This document shows positions 40,418 through 49,554 of a stretch of 49,948 bases of DNA, in pieces. A program made the translations under genes and the position numbers. The notes under the pieces are model-generated. The model saw only the letters and a program-made list of their open reading frames with translations, ran no database searches and was not told where the DNA came from. Numbering within the stretch: the first letter of the stretch is position 1; every line of letters starts with the position of its first letter. This DNA comes from Candidatus Adlerbacteria bacterium (lineage in GTDB: Bacteria; Patescibacteriota; Minisyncoccia; Phycocordibacterales; SBAW01), in contig CAIUOD010000038.1 of the NCBI GenBank assembly GCA_903900775.1, forward strand, positions 1 through 49,948, in the 5' to 3' direction.

Positions 40418-41383
40418 ATGGCACAACACCCCGAGCAGCAGTATTTGGATCTTCTTGCACAGGCACTTGATCACGGCGAAGAGCAGGTGGATAAAGGGAC
40501 CGGGGTGAAAACCTATAGTTTGTTCGGCGCGCAAATGCGTTTTGATTTGTCAGAAGGTTTCCCGCTTTTGACGACTAAAAAAGTATACTGGAGCGGCGTC
40601 CTACACGAACTATTCTGGTTTCTTTCGGGGCAGAGCAATATTAAATACTTAGTGGATAACAAGGTACACATTTGGGACGATTATCCATACAAAATTTATA
40701 AAGAAAAATCTGACAAAGGCGAAGTCCCTGCGCTTACCAAAGATGAATTTATAGCGCAGATAGCGGCGGATGCGTCTTTTGCAGAAAAGTTTGGTGAACT
40801 GCGCCACATTTATGGCGAACATTGGCGTCGGTGGGAGGCAAAAGATGGCCGCAAGGTAGATCAGCTCGGCTGGGTGATCGACGAACTTCGCAAGGATCCA
40901 GATGCACACAATACGCTCGTGACCTCGTGGAATCCGGAGTATCTGTACGCAATGGCCCTCCCCGGGGAAGGCGTGCGGTTTCCTATTTGTCACAATCTTT
41001 ACCAGGTGAACATTAAACACGGCAAGGTGTGTCTGCAGCTCTACCAGCGCAGTGCGGACATCTTCCTCGGCGTGCCATTTAACATCGCAAGCTACGCGCT
41101 ACTCACGGTCGTTATCGCGAAGATCCTCGGTCGAGAGCCAGGAGAGTTTATCCACACGTTCGGCGATTTCCACATCTACGAAAACCATATTGAACAGGTT
41201 AAAGAACAGCTCTCACGCGCTCCGCGACCGTTCCCAACCCTCAAAATAGAAGGGGAAGTGCCGACGCTCGATTCATTTATTACAGGGCAAGTAAAGCTTG
41301 AAGGATATGATCCGCACCCACCCATTAAAGCGGAACTGACCGTTTCAGGTGGCTACAATGAAAAGATGCACAAGAAGGTATGA
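40418..41383 (+). CDS. thyA: thymidylate synthase ThyA (321 aa, with an internal insertion)
   Basis: ..YLDLLAQALDHGEEQVDKGTGVKTYSLFGAQMRFDLSEGFPLLTTKKVYWSGVLHELFWFLSG.., the catalytic-Cys region ..FPICHNLYQV.., and ..QRSADIFLGVPFNIASYALL.. The ATG at 40418 lies 1 nt after the dcd stop. Confidence 0.95.
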   Translation: MAQHPEQQYLDLLAQALDHGEEQVDKGTGVKTYSLFGAQMRFDLSEGFPLLTTKKVYWSGVLHELFWFLSGQSNIKYLVDNKVHIWDDYPYKIYKEKSDKGEVPALTKDEFIAQIAADASFAEKFGELRHIYGEHWRRWEAKDGRKVDQLGWVIDELRKDPDAHNTLVTSWNPEYLYAMALPGEGVRFPICHNLYQVNIKHGKVCLQLYQRSADIFLGVPFNIASYALLTVVIAKILGREPGEFIHTFGDFHIYENHIEQVKEQLSRAPRPFPTLKIEGEVPTLDSFITGQVKLEGYDPHPPIKAELTVSGGYNEKMHKKV

Positions 41384-41823
41384 ACAAAGAATTTGAGAGT
41401 CGGGCGACGTTTCGATCGGCGGCTTTCTTAGTGCTCAAAAAAGACGGCAAAGTGCTTCTCTCCAAGCGAATCAATACGTCGCACGAGGACGGCAACTACG
41501 GTCTCGTAGCCGGGCATCTCGAAAAAGGGGAGACCCCACAGGAGGCAATTGTGCGCGAAGCCAAAGAAGAGATCGGATTAGATATTAAAGAAGAAGATCT
41601 CGAAGTGGTGCACGTGTCGTTCAATCAGTCCGAACTTGATTACTTTCAAATTTATCTCACGCCTAAAAAATGGCAGGGTGAGGTAGAAAATAGGGAGCCA
41701 GAAAGATGCGCCGACCTCGCATGGTTTGCCGAAGACAGCTTGCCGCCCAACACCATAAAATACATCGCCTTTGTGCTCGGGAAAATTAAAGAAGGAGTCA
41801 TGTATAGCAATTTTGGCAAGTAG
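41380..41823 (+). CDS. NUDIX hydrolase
   Basis: Nudix box GHLEKGETPQEAIVREAKEEIGL. ATGA overlap with the thyA stop. Confidence 0.8.
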   Translation: MNKEFESRATFRSAAFLVLKKDGKVLLSKRINTSHEDGNYGLVAGHLEKGETPQEAIVREAKEEIGLDIKEEDLEVVHVSFNQSELDYFQIYLTPKKWQGEVENREPERCADLAWFAEDSLPPNTIKYIAFVLGKIKEGVMYSNFGK

Positions 41824-41888
41824 GATATACTCATTTTATGATCTAACGGTTTCTCGGCGACGCTTATTTGATTAACCAGAGCCAAGCT

Positions 41889-43157
41889 ATGGATTCCTAT
41901 ACCCACATACAACAACAAGACCCCGAGGTGTTCGGGACACTCCAGGGCGAAGAGGAGCGCGAGCGCGACGGGCTCGAACTCATCCCGTCGGAGAATTATG
42001 TCTCGAGAGCGGTGCGCGAGGCGCAGGGTTCGATCTTCACCAACAAATATTCCGAAGGCTATCCGCACAAGCGCTACTACGGCGGGCAGATGTTCACCGA
42101 CTCGGTCGAGGAGATTGCGATCGCGCGCGCCAAAAAGCTTTTTGGCGCGAGCTTCGCCAATGTCCAGCCGCACGCCGGCGCCAACGCCAACATCGGCATG
42201 TACTTCGCGCTACTCCAGCCCGGCGACACGGTGCTCGGCATGGATCTCTCCCACGGCGGGCACTTGACCCACGGCCACCCGGTGACCTACATCACCAAAT
42301 TCTTCAACTTCGTGCGCTATAAAATGAAGGATGCCGATACCGGCGAAATAGATTACGACGAGATGTTGGTGGTCGCGAAAGAGCACAAGCCTAAAATTGT
42401 GCTGGCAGGATTCTCGGCCTACTCGCGCGAATTGGATTACGAAAAATTTGTCGCCATTGCGCGCGAGGTGGGCGCGTATGCCGTCATCGACATTGCGCAC
42501 ATCGCGGGGCTCATCGCGGGGAAGGCCGTGAAGAACCCATTCGATTACGGCTTTGACGTCATGACCTCAACCACGCACAAAACCCTGCGCGGGCCGCGCG
42601 GCGGGCTCATCCTCACGCGCGAGTCCGAGGAGATCGCCAAAAAAATAGACAAAGCGGTTTTCCCGGGGCTCCAAGGCGGGCCGCTCATGCACGTGGTGGC
42701 AGCAAAAGCGGTGGCTTTTGGCGAAGCGCTTGAGCCTCAATTCAAAACCTACGCGGCGCAAATTCTCAAAAACGCCAAAGCGATGGAAGAAGTGCTACAC
42801 GCCCATAATGTGCGCATGCTCGGCGGGGGCACCTCCAACCACCTCATCTTGGCCGACGTCTTCGGCTCGCTCGGCATCCCGGGGCAAGAGGCAGAGGTAG
42901 TGCTCGACCGCGTCGGTATCACGCTCAACAAAAATACGATTGCCGATGATACACGCAAGCCGATGGACCCTTCCGGCATCCGCTTTGGCACGCCGGCCAT
43001 CACGACACGCGGCTTCAAAGAAAAAGAGTGCGCGCAGGTGGCTGAGCTCATGCTCGGGGCGCTTGCTTCTCGTGCGGATGACGCGAAGCTCGAGAAAATC
43101 CATCAAGAGATAAAAACACTGGCCGCACAGCACCCCATTCCCGATTCGTTCAATTAA
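41889..43157 (+). CDS. glyA: serine hydroxymethyltransferase
   Basis: ..LELIPSENYVSRAVREAQGS..TNKYSEGYPHKRYYGG.., PLP-Lys region ..MTSTTHKTLRGPRGG.. The ATG at 41889 was preferred over the TTG at 41868. Confidence 0.95.
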   Translation: MDSYTHIQQQDPEVFGTLQGEEERERDGLELIPSENYVSRAVREAQGSIFTNKYSEGYPHKRYYGGQMFTDSVEEIAIARAKKLFGASFANVQPHAGANANIGMYFALLQPGDTVLGMDLSHGGHLTHGHPVTYITKFFNFVRYKMKDADTGEIDYDEMLVVAKEHKPKIVLAGFSAYSRELDYEKFVAIAREVGAYAVIDIAHIAGLIAGKAVKNPFDYGFDVMTSTTHKTLRGPRGGLILTRESEEIAKKIDKAVFPGLQGGPLMHVVAAKAVAFGEALEPQFKTYAAQILKNAKAMEEVLHAHNVRMLGGGTSNHLILADVFGSLGIPGQEAEVVLDRVGITLNKNTIADDTRKPMDPSGIRFGTPAITTRGFKEKECAQVAELMLGALASRADDAKLEKIHQEIKTLAAQHPIPDSFN

Positions 43158-43173
43158 GCGCTACAATGCCCTC

Positions 43174-44292
43174 ATGAAAGGGTGGGGGAAGAAAGTGCTT
43201 CACTTTTGGCAACAGTATAGCCGGCCTATTAACTTGGTCTCCTTGGCCGCGGGTTTTTGTTTTGATCTCTATTTGGCTAAGCGCCCCGACTCGCTACCGG
43301 ACAATATTCTACTCTTGAGCTACCTTGCTCTTTCGGCGGTTATTATCACACTCCTTAATGTTCGCTCACGGCGTGCGATGGAGCGCGAAAGCCCGACCGA
43401 GCCGCTCCTCCTCCTACTCGTCTTGCAGTTTTGCTTTGGAGGTCTCGCGAGCAACTTGCTTATTCTCTACGGCCACAGCGGCACGATAGGGGGCAGTCTC
43501 TTTTTTGTCGCACTTTTGGCCGGCTTCGCCTTGGGGAACGAATTCCTCAAGAGTCGCTATGCACAACTGCGCTTTAACATCGCGGTCTATTATTTTCTTC
43601 TCCTGACCTACTGCGTTATCGCGGTGCCGACCTTTATCCTGCACGATATCGGCTGGCAGGCGTTTTTGTGGAGCACTGCCGCAAGCGCTGGCGTGATGGC
43701 CATCTTCCTTGCCATCCTCTTGCTCTCGCTCTCCGAACGTGACCGCGTGCGGAATATGTACGAAATAATCGGCATCGTGCTCGGCACACTGTGCGTCTTT
43801 AATCTTCTCTACTGGGGCAATATTATCCCGCCGGTGCCGCTCTCGCTCAAAAATATCGGTGTGTACCATTCGCTCGCGGCGCTCCCACAGCCCGATACCT
43901 CAGGCGCGATTTATGCGGCTAGCTACGAGCCATCCCTGTGGTATATCTTTTGGCGCGATACCTCTGCGACCTACACCTTCGCGCCGAGCGACTCGCGCAG
44001 GGCCTACTGCTTTAGTGCCGTCTTCGCGCCGGGTGGGCTCTCGACTCCCATCGAGCATCGATGGGAAGAGTACGATACTACAGCCAAAAAATGGCAAACG
44101 GTTTCTCTGGTCTCGTTCCCTATAAACGGTGGGCGCACCGAGGGTTATCGTGGCTATAGTGTTGAAGAAAATCTCTCGCCAGGGCAGTGGCGCTGTGATG
44201 TGGAGACCGACAAAGGTCAACTCATCGGCCGCATCTCCTTTGATGTGGTGCAAAGCTCAGCCACTCCCGCGCTCTCGACAACGGCGCTCTAG
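43174..44292 (+). CDS. polytopic membrane protein with C-terminal DUF2914-like domain
   Basis: About 8 TM helices, then ..GGRTEGYRGYSVEENLSPGQWRCDVETDKGQLIGRISFDVV, the pattern I associate with DUF2914. Confidence 0.55.
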   Translation: MKGWGKKVLHFWQQYSRPINLVSLAAGFCFDLYLAKRPDSLPDNILLLSYLALSAVIITLLNVRSRRAMERESPTEPLLLLLVLQFCFGGLASNLLILYGHSGTIGGSLFFVALLAGFALGNEFLKSRYAQLRFNIAVYYFLLLTYCVIAVPTFILHDIGWQAFLWSTAASAGVMAIFLAILLLSLSERDRVRNMYEIIGIVLGTLCVFNLLYWGNIIPPVPLSLKNIGVYHSLAALPQPDTSGAIYAASYEPSLWYIFWRDTSATYTFAPSDSRRAYCFSAVFAPGGLSTPIEHRWEEYDTTAKKWQTVSLVSFPINGGRTEGYRGYSVEENLSPGQWRCDVETDKGQLIGRISFDVVQSSATPALSTTAL

Positions 44293-44310
44293 GCCGGTAC
44301 TGTTTCAATC

Positions 44311-46062
44311 ATGCGAGACGAAATCGGAAAAGCATTGAAAGAGGCACTTAAAACACTAGGCGCGTCCAAGGCAGCGTTTGCCCTGGAGCGGTCGGACACG
44401 TTTGAACACGGCGACTATGCGACCAATGCGGCACTTATTGCCGCAAAAATACTTAAGAAAAATCCCAAGGAAGTTGCTGAAGCACTTAAAAAAGAGTTAG
44501 AGGGCAAAATCGAAGGCGTTAGAAAAATAGAAGTTGCCGGCGCGGGATTCATCAACTTTTTTCTATCCGACCAAGTGCTTAACAAAACGCTCCGCGACAT
44601 TATCTCGGCCGGTGATACGTGGGGGAGCGCGCCAAAAATAAAAGAGCGGTGGTTAATCGAGCACACTTCGCCTAACCCCAACAAGGCGATGCATATTGGG
44701 CACCTGCGCAATAACATCACCGGCATGGCCATCGCCAACATCGCCGAGTTCCGCGGGGTCGAGGTTATCCGCGACTGTATAGACAACAACCGCGGCATCG
44801 CGATAGCTAAGCTCATGTGGGGCTATGTAAAATTTGCCCACCGAGGCGGCACACCAATTGAAGACATTTCGTATTGGCACGAGCATCAGGGAGAGTGGCA
44901 AACTCCCGAAGAGATGGATATGCGCCCCGATCGTTTTGTTGACGCGCTCTATGTGCAGGGGTCAGAAGATTTCGAACACAGCCTCGATGTGGAGAAAAAA
45001 GTCCGCCAGATGGTGGTCGATTGGGAGCATAAAGAAAAAATAGTATGGGAGCTGTGGGAGAAAGTGCTCGCGTATTCGTACGCGGGCCAGCGCATGACTC
45101 TCGGGCGTTTGGGAAATAAATGGGATCGCGTATGGCATGAGCACGAGCACTATCAAGAGGGAAAAAATTTGGTAGAAGACGGTCTGCGCAAGGGCGTATT
45201 CAAAAAATTAGAAGACGGTGCGGTGCTGACCAACCTGGCCGCCTATAACTTGCCGGACACCATCGTGATGAAGTCGGATGGCACCTCATTGTATATTACC
45301 CAAGACATCGCGCTCACGCGACTTAAACGCGACACCTATCATCCCGACAGATTATTTTGGGTGATCGGTCCTGAACAGACGCTGGCGCTCAAGCAGGTTT
45401 TTGCGGTCTGCGAACAGCTCGGCATCGGCAAGTATACCGACTATACGCACATTTCCTACGGCTATATGAGTTTGAAAGGCGAGGCTAAAATGAGCTCCCG
45501 CAAGGGTAACGTGCTTTTTATTGATGATCTCATCGATCAAGTGAAAGAGTCGGTGAAAGATCTTCTGAAAGAGGCGGAACTTCCGGCCAGCAAGATTGAA
45601 ACGATCGCTGAAGAAGTTGCTGTGGGGGCGGTAAAATTTGGGATTCTAAAAGTGGGGCGCAACTCTAGCATCGTCTTTGATGTCGAGCGAGCGACCGACT
45701 TGCACGGCGACACGGGCCCGTATGTGCAGTACGCCCACACTCGAACCTGCTCACTGCTCAAGCACGCCGAGGGGAAGGGTATGAAAAGTGAAGTTATTGA
45801 AGACGCTGAAGCAAATGAGGTGGTGCGACTTCTCGCGCATTTTCCCAACGTCGTTGAGCGCTCGAATAGTGAACTCGAACCACACTATATCGCGACGTAT
45901 CTGCTTGAGCTCGCGAGCCTCTTCAGCCGATGGTATGCCGACGTGCATATTTTAGATGACGCATCCGACAGGGGACATAAAATTGCTATTGTTGATGCCG
46001 TGCGCATAACCCTCGGCAACGGCTTGCGTTTGCTTGGCATCCCGGCACCGGAGGAGATGTAA
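44311..46062 (+). CDS. argS: arginyl-tRNA synthetase
   Basis: ..EHTSPNPNKAMHIGHLRNN.. (HIGH), ..KMSSRKGN.. and a C-terminal DALR anticodon-binding domain. Confidence 0.95.
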   Translation: MRDEIGKALKEALKTLGASKAAFALERSDTFEHGDYATNAALIAAKILKKNPKEVAEALKKELEGKIEGVRKIEVAGAGFINFFLSDQVLNKTLRDIISAGDTWGSAPKIKERWLIEHTSPNPNKAMHIGHLRNNITGMAIANIAEFRGVEVIRDCIDNNRGIAIAKLMWGYVKFAHRGGTPIEDISYWHEHQGEWQTPEEMDMRPDRFVDALYVQGSEDFEHSLDVEKKVRQMVVDWEHKEKIVWELWEKVLAYSYAGQRMTLGRLGNKWDRVWHEHEHYQEGKNLVEDGLRKGVFKKLEDGAVLTNLAAYNLPDTIVMKSDGTSLYITQDIALTRLKRDTYHPDRLFWVIGPEQTLALKQVFAVCEQLGIGKYTDYTHISYGYMSLKGEAKMSSRKGNVLFIDDLIDQVKESVKDLLKEAELPASKIETIAEEVAVGAVKFGILKVGRNSSIVFDVERATDLHGDTGPYVQYAHTRTCSLLKHAEGKGMKSEVIEDAEANEVVRLLAHFPNVVERSNSELEPHYIATYLLELASLFSRWYADVHILDDASDRGHKIAIVDAVRITLGNGLRLLGIPAPEEM

Positions 46063-46092
46063 GAAGAGGCTAGAAATGCTATAGTTTTTGGC

Positions 46093-49000
46093 ATGGCAGA
46101 GATCCTCAAAGAGTCGCCGAAGGGTGACGCGGCCAAACGCGAGGAAGAAGTGCTCGCGTTTTGGAAGGAACAAAAGATCTTTGAACAGTCGCTCGAAAAG
46201 CCCGCACCTAAAGGCGACTATGTTTTTTATGACGGGCCGCCGTTCGCCACCGGCCTGCCACATACCGGCTCGCTTTTGGCCTCGGTCATTAAAGATGTCA
46301 TTCCGCGCTTTAAAACAATGCAGGGCTATCACGTGCCGCGGGTATGGGGCTGGGACTGCCACGGGCTCCCGATTGAAAACTTGGTCGAGAAAAAACTTGG
46401 CCTCAAGTCAAAAAAAGATATTCTCTCCGTAGGCATTGATACCTTCAACGAGACGGCGCGCTCGCTCGTTTTGCAGTATGTCGTCGATTGGGAAAAGTAT
46501 GTCGACCGCATCGGCCGGTGGGTGGATTTCAAAAACTCCTACAAGACGATGGATAATTCCTACATCGAGAGCGTATGGTGGGCGCTTAAAGAACTCAATA
46601 AAAAGAACCTGCTCTACGAAGGCCGACGCGTGCTCATGTACTGCACCCACTGCGAGACGCCCTTGGCCAAAGCCGAAATTGCCGCCGACAATACCTATAA
46701 GGATATTACCGAAGAGGCGGTAACGATAGAATTTAAACTAAAAGGGGATGAGCAGACGCGCGTGCTTGCCTGGACAACCACACCGTGGACGCTCCCCGGG
46801 AATGTTGCGCTCGCAGTCAACCTCGAAACCACGTACGTCACGCTTGAGAAAAAGGACGAAGGCGTGGGGCCGCTGGTGCGCTTCATTCTCGCGAAAGAAC
46901 GGATTGAGGCAGTGTTTGGTGACAGCGAATTTTCTATAGTAAAAGAGCAAAAAGGTAAAGAGTTAGTCGGTCTCGAGTATGAGCCGCTGTACGACATACC
47001 GGCCCTGCGTTCAAAAAATTCCTACAAAATATATGCGGCCGACTTTGTCACCACCGACGAAGGCACGGGTGTGGTGCACACGGCGGTCATGTATGGCGAA
47101 GACGACTACGTGCTGGGGCTTAAAGAAAAGTTGCCACTGGTGCAGATGCTCAACCCCAACGGCACCTACAACGATGAAGCGCCGGAGTTGGTGCGCGGCG
47201 AATACATTAAAAAAGCCGAAGAAAAAATAAAAACAGACTTAAGCGCGCGCGGCTTGCTTTTTGAGAAAAAAATGCACACGCACTCGTACCCACACTGCTG
47301 GCGCTGTGGCACCCCGCTCATCTACAACGCGGTGCCGTCGTGGTTCGTCAATATACAAAAAATAAAAGCGCGGATGCTCGCGGAAAACGAAAGAATAACC
47401 TGGGTGCCGGGGCACCTCAAACACGGGCGTTTCCAAAAAATTGTCGAGAGTGCTCCTGACTGGACGATCTCGCGCAACCGCTTTTGGGCTTCGCCTCTGC
47501 CGATATGGAAGGAGAAGGGAGGGAAGGGCCTCATAGTCGTGGGTTCTCTCGATGAATTGTTAACCAAAACAAAAAAATCTGGTAACCGCTACTTTGTGAT
47601 GCGGCATGGCGAAGCATTGAGTAATCTGCACAACGTCGTTGACTGCGGCGCTGATATAGAAAATCACCTCACGCCGGTGGGTAAAGCAGGGGTTGCGCAC
47701 ACGGGCGCGCAACTTAAGCGCGAGCATATAGACCTCATCATCATGTCGCCGGTCTTGCGCACACGAGAGACGGCCGCGCTCGTGCAAAAAGAACTTGGCC
47801 TGCCAGACTCGGCCGTCATGGTGGACGAGCGCCTGCACGAACTGCGCTTCGGTGTGTATGAGGGAAAAAGTTTGGAGGCCTGGGCCTGTTCCGCGACATT
47901 CCGTGAACGATTTGGCCAAGGGGTCGAGGGCGGGGAGTCGTATACGGATGTCCGCCGGCGCGTCGGAGATTTTCTCTTTGAGATGGAGCGGCGCTATGCG
48001 GGCAAACGCATCCTCTTGGTGACTCACGATTGTCCGGCGTGGCTTTTAGCAAGCGTGGCAGAACATAAAACGGCAGAAGAAATAATTACCGAAGACGATG
48101 GGACGCCGTATCTCACCCCCGGTGACTATACCGAAATTTCGTTTGTGCCGTTTCCGCACAATAAAAACTTTGAGCTCGACCTGCATCGCCCGTATATCGA
48201 CTCGATAGTACTTACCGACGCGCGCGGCAACACCTATGAACGCATACCCGAGGTGGTGGACTGCTGGGTTGAGTCCGGCGCGATGCCCTTTGCTTCGGTG
48301 GGCTATCCGCGTGATATCTCGCGCGTGAACCCCGGGCGGTTCTTTGGATTATTCCCCAAACGCTATCCGGCGGATTTCATCGCCGAATATATCGGGCAAA
48401 CACGCACCTGGTTTTATTATCTGCATGCCGTTGGGGTAGCGTTGTTTAATAAGACCTCCTTCCGCGCGGTAGCGGTGACGGGGAATATTCTGGCGGCCGA
48501 CGGATCCAAAATGAGCAAGTCGAAGGGTAACTATACCGACCCGATGGAGCTCATGAATCGTTTTGGGGCGGACGCACTCCGGCTGGCACTTATGGGGAGC
48601 GTGGTCATGGCAGGAGAAGATTTTAACTTTCGTGATGAAGAGGTGCGTGAAGCCTCGCGCCCACTCGGCGTCTTGTGGAATTCCTGCCAATTTTTCGCAC
48701 TCTATCGAGATAAGTGGGACGCCTCGGTTGACGCGGAGAAAAGTCCGCACATTCTTGACCGGTGGATGCTCGCACGCCTCGAAAGACTGGTGCGGGATGT
48801 TACCGTGGCACTTGAACATTTTGACACACCCGGGGCATGCCGGGCTCTGCGTGAAGGCATCGATGATTACTCAACCTGGTATGTGCGCCGCTCGCGCGAG
48901 CGCGTGCGCGGCACCGATGCCGCCGATATGCGCTTTACCTTGGCACTCCAGCGGCGCGTCTTGCTCGACTTTGCAAAACTGCTGGCCCCCATCACGCCCT

Positions 49001-49554
49001 TTCTGGCCGAGAGCATCTACCGCGAACTTAGGGGAGGAGAGGCGAGTGTGCATCTTGAATCGTGGCCCATGACCCTGCCTGAATCAAAGGGCGAGCAGAA
49101 ACTCTTGGACGATATGGTGCTCGTACGCACCGCGGTCTCTTTGGCGCTCCAGGCACGCGAGAAAGCGGGCATAAAAATCCGCCAGCCGCTCGGGCTCCTT
49201 TCTGTTCATCCGAGCATTTTCCCCGCGGGCGAACATAGTTCGGCATATTTGGAAATTGTGGGCGAAGAAATAAATGTAAAAAAAGTTGAGCTCTCGGATA
49301 CGGTCGACGTAACGACACTCGTGGCGCTCGACACCACGCTCACGCCGGAGCTCAAAGAAGAAGGGCTCGTGCGCGACTTCGTGCGCCGCATCCAGGCATG
49401 GCGCAAAGACGAAGGATTGGTTATCGCCGACCGGCCAGCCTACGAACTGGTCGTTTCAAAAGAAGAAGAATCGATTGCGAAGCAAAACAGCGACGCCATC
49501 ATGGCGGCCGCCGGGCTCTCGGCGCTCACGGTAACTTTGAGAAAAGATGCATAA
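46093..49554 (+). CDS. ileS: isoleucyl-tRNA synthetase (eukaryote-like/type 2 architecture) carrying a nested histidine-phosphatase domain
   Basis: ..YDGPPFATGLPHTGSLL.. (HIGH position reads HTGS), WDCHGLP, the CP1/editing region, WTISRNRFWASPLPIW, DLHRPYID, VVDCWVESGAMPFA and KMSKSKGN. One uninterrupted 1153-aa frame. Confidence 0.95.
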   Translation: MAEILKESPKGDAAKREEEVLAFWKEQKIFEQSLEKPAPKGDYVFYDGPPFATGLPHTGSLLASVIKDVIPRFKTMQGYHVPRVWGWDCHGLPIENLVEKKLGLKSKKDILSVGIDTFNETARSLVLQYVVDWEKYVDRIGRWVDFKNSYKTMDNSYIESVWWALKELNKKNLLYEGRRVLMYCTHCETPLAKAEIAADNTYKDITEEAVTIEFKLKGDEQTRVLAWTTTPWTLPGNVALAVNLETTYVTLEKKDEGVGPLVRFILAKERIEAVFGDSEFSIVKEQKGKELVGLEYEPLYDIPALRSKNSYKIYAADFVTTDEGTGVVHTAVMYGEDDYVLGLKEKLPLVQMLNPNGTYNDEAPELVRGEYIKKAEEKIKTDLSARGLLFEKKMHTHSYPHCWRCGTPLIYNAVPSWFVNIQKIKARMLAENERITWVPGHLKHGRFQKIVESAPDWTISRNRFWASPLPIWKEKGGKGLIVVGSLDELLTKTKKSGNRYFVMRHGEALSNLHNVVDCGADIENHLTPVGKAGVAHTGAQLKREHIDLIIMSPVLRTRETAALVQKELGLPDSAVMVDERLHELRFGVYEGKSLEAWACSATFRERFGQGVEGGESYTDVRRRVGDFLFEMERRYAGKRILLVTHDCPAWLLASVAEHKTAEEIITEDDGTPYLTPGDYTEISFVPFPHNKNFELDLHRPYIDSIVLTDARGNTYERIPEVVDCWVESGAMPFASVGYPRDISRVNPGRFFGLFPKRYPADFIAEYIGQTRTWFYYLHAVGVALFNKTSFRAVAVTGNILAADGSKMSKSKGNYTDPMELMNRFGADALRLALMGSVVMAGEDFNFRDEEVREASRPLGVLWNSCQFFALYRDKWDASVDAEKSPHILDRWMLARLERLVRDVTVALEHFDTPGACRALREGIDDYSTWYVRRSRERVRGTDAADMRFTLALQRRVLLDFAKLLAPITPFLAESIYRELRGGEASVHLESWPMTLPESKGEQKLLDDMVLVRTAVSLALQAREKAGIKIRQPLGLLSVHPSIFPAGEHSSAYLEIVGEEINVKKVELSDTVDVTTLVALDTTLTPELKEEGLVRDFVRRIQAWRKDEGLVIADRPAYELVVSKEEESIAKQNSDAIMAAAGLSALTVTLRKDA
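47581..48168 (+). other. inserted histidine phosphatase superfamily (branch 1, PGAM/SixA/CobC-like) domain within ileS
   Basis: Residues ~497-692: RYFVMRHGEALSN (RHG), LTPVGKAG, IIMSPVLRTRETA, LHELRFGVYEGKS, GGESYTDV and ILLVTHDCPAW (second catalytic His). The blocks are in the canonical order and spacing of this fold. Confidence 0.7.
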
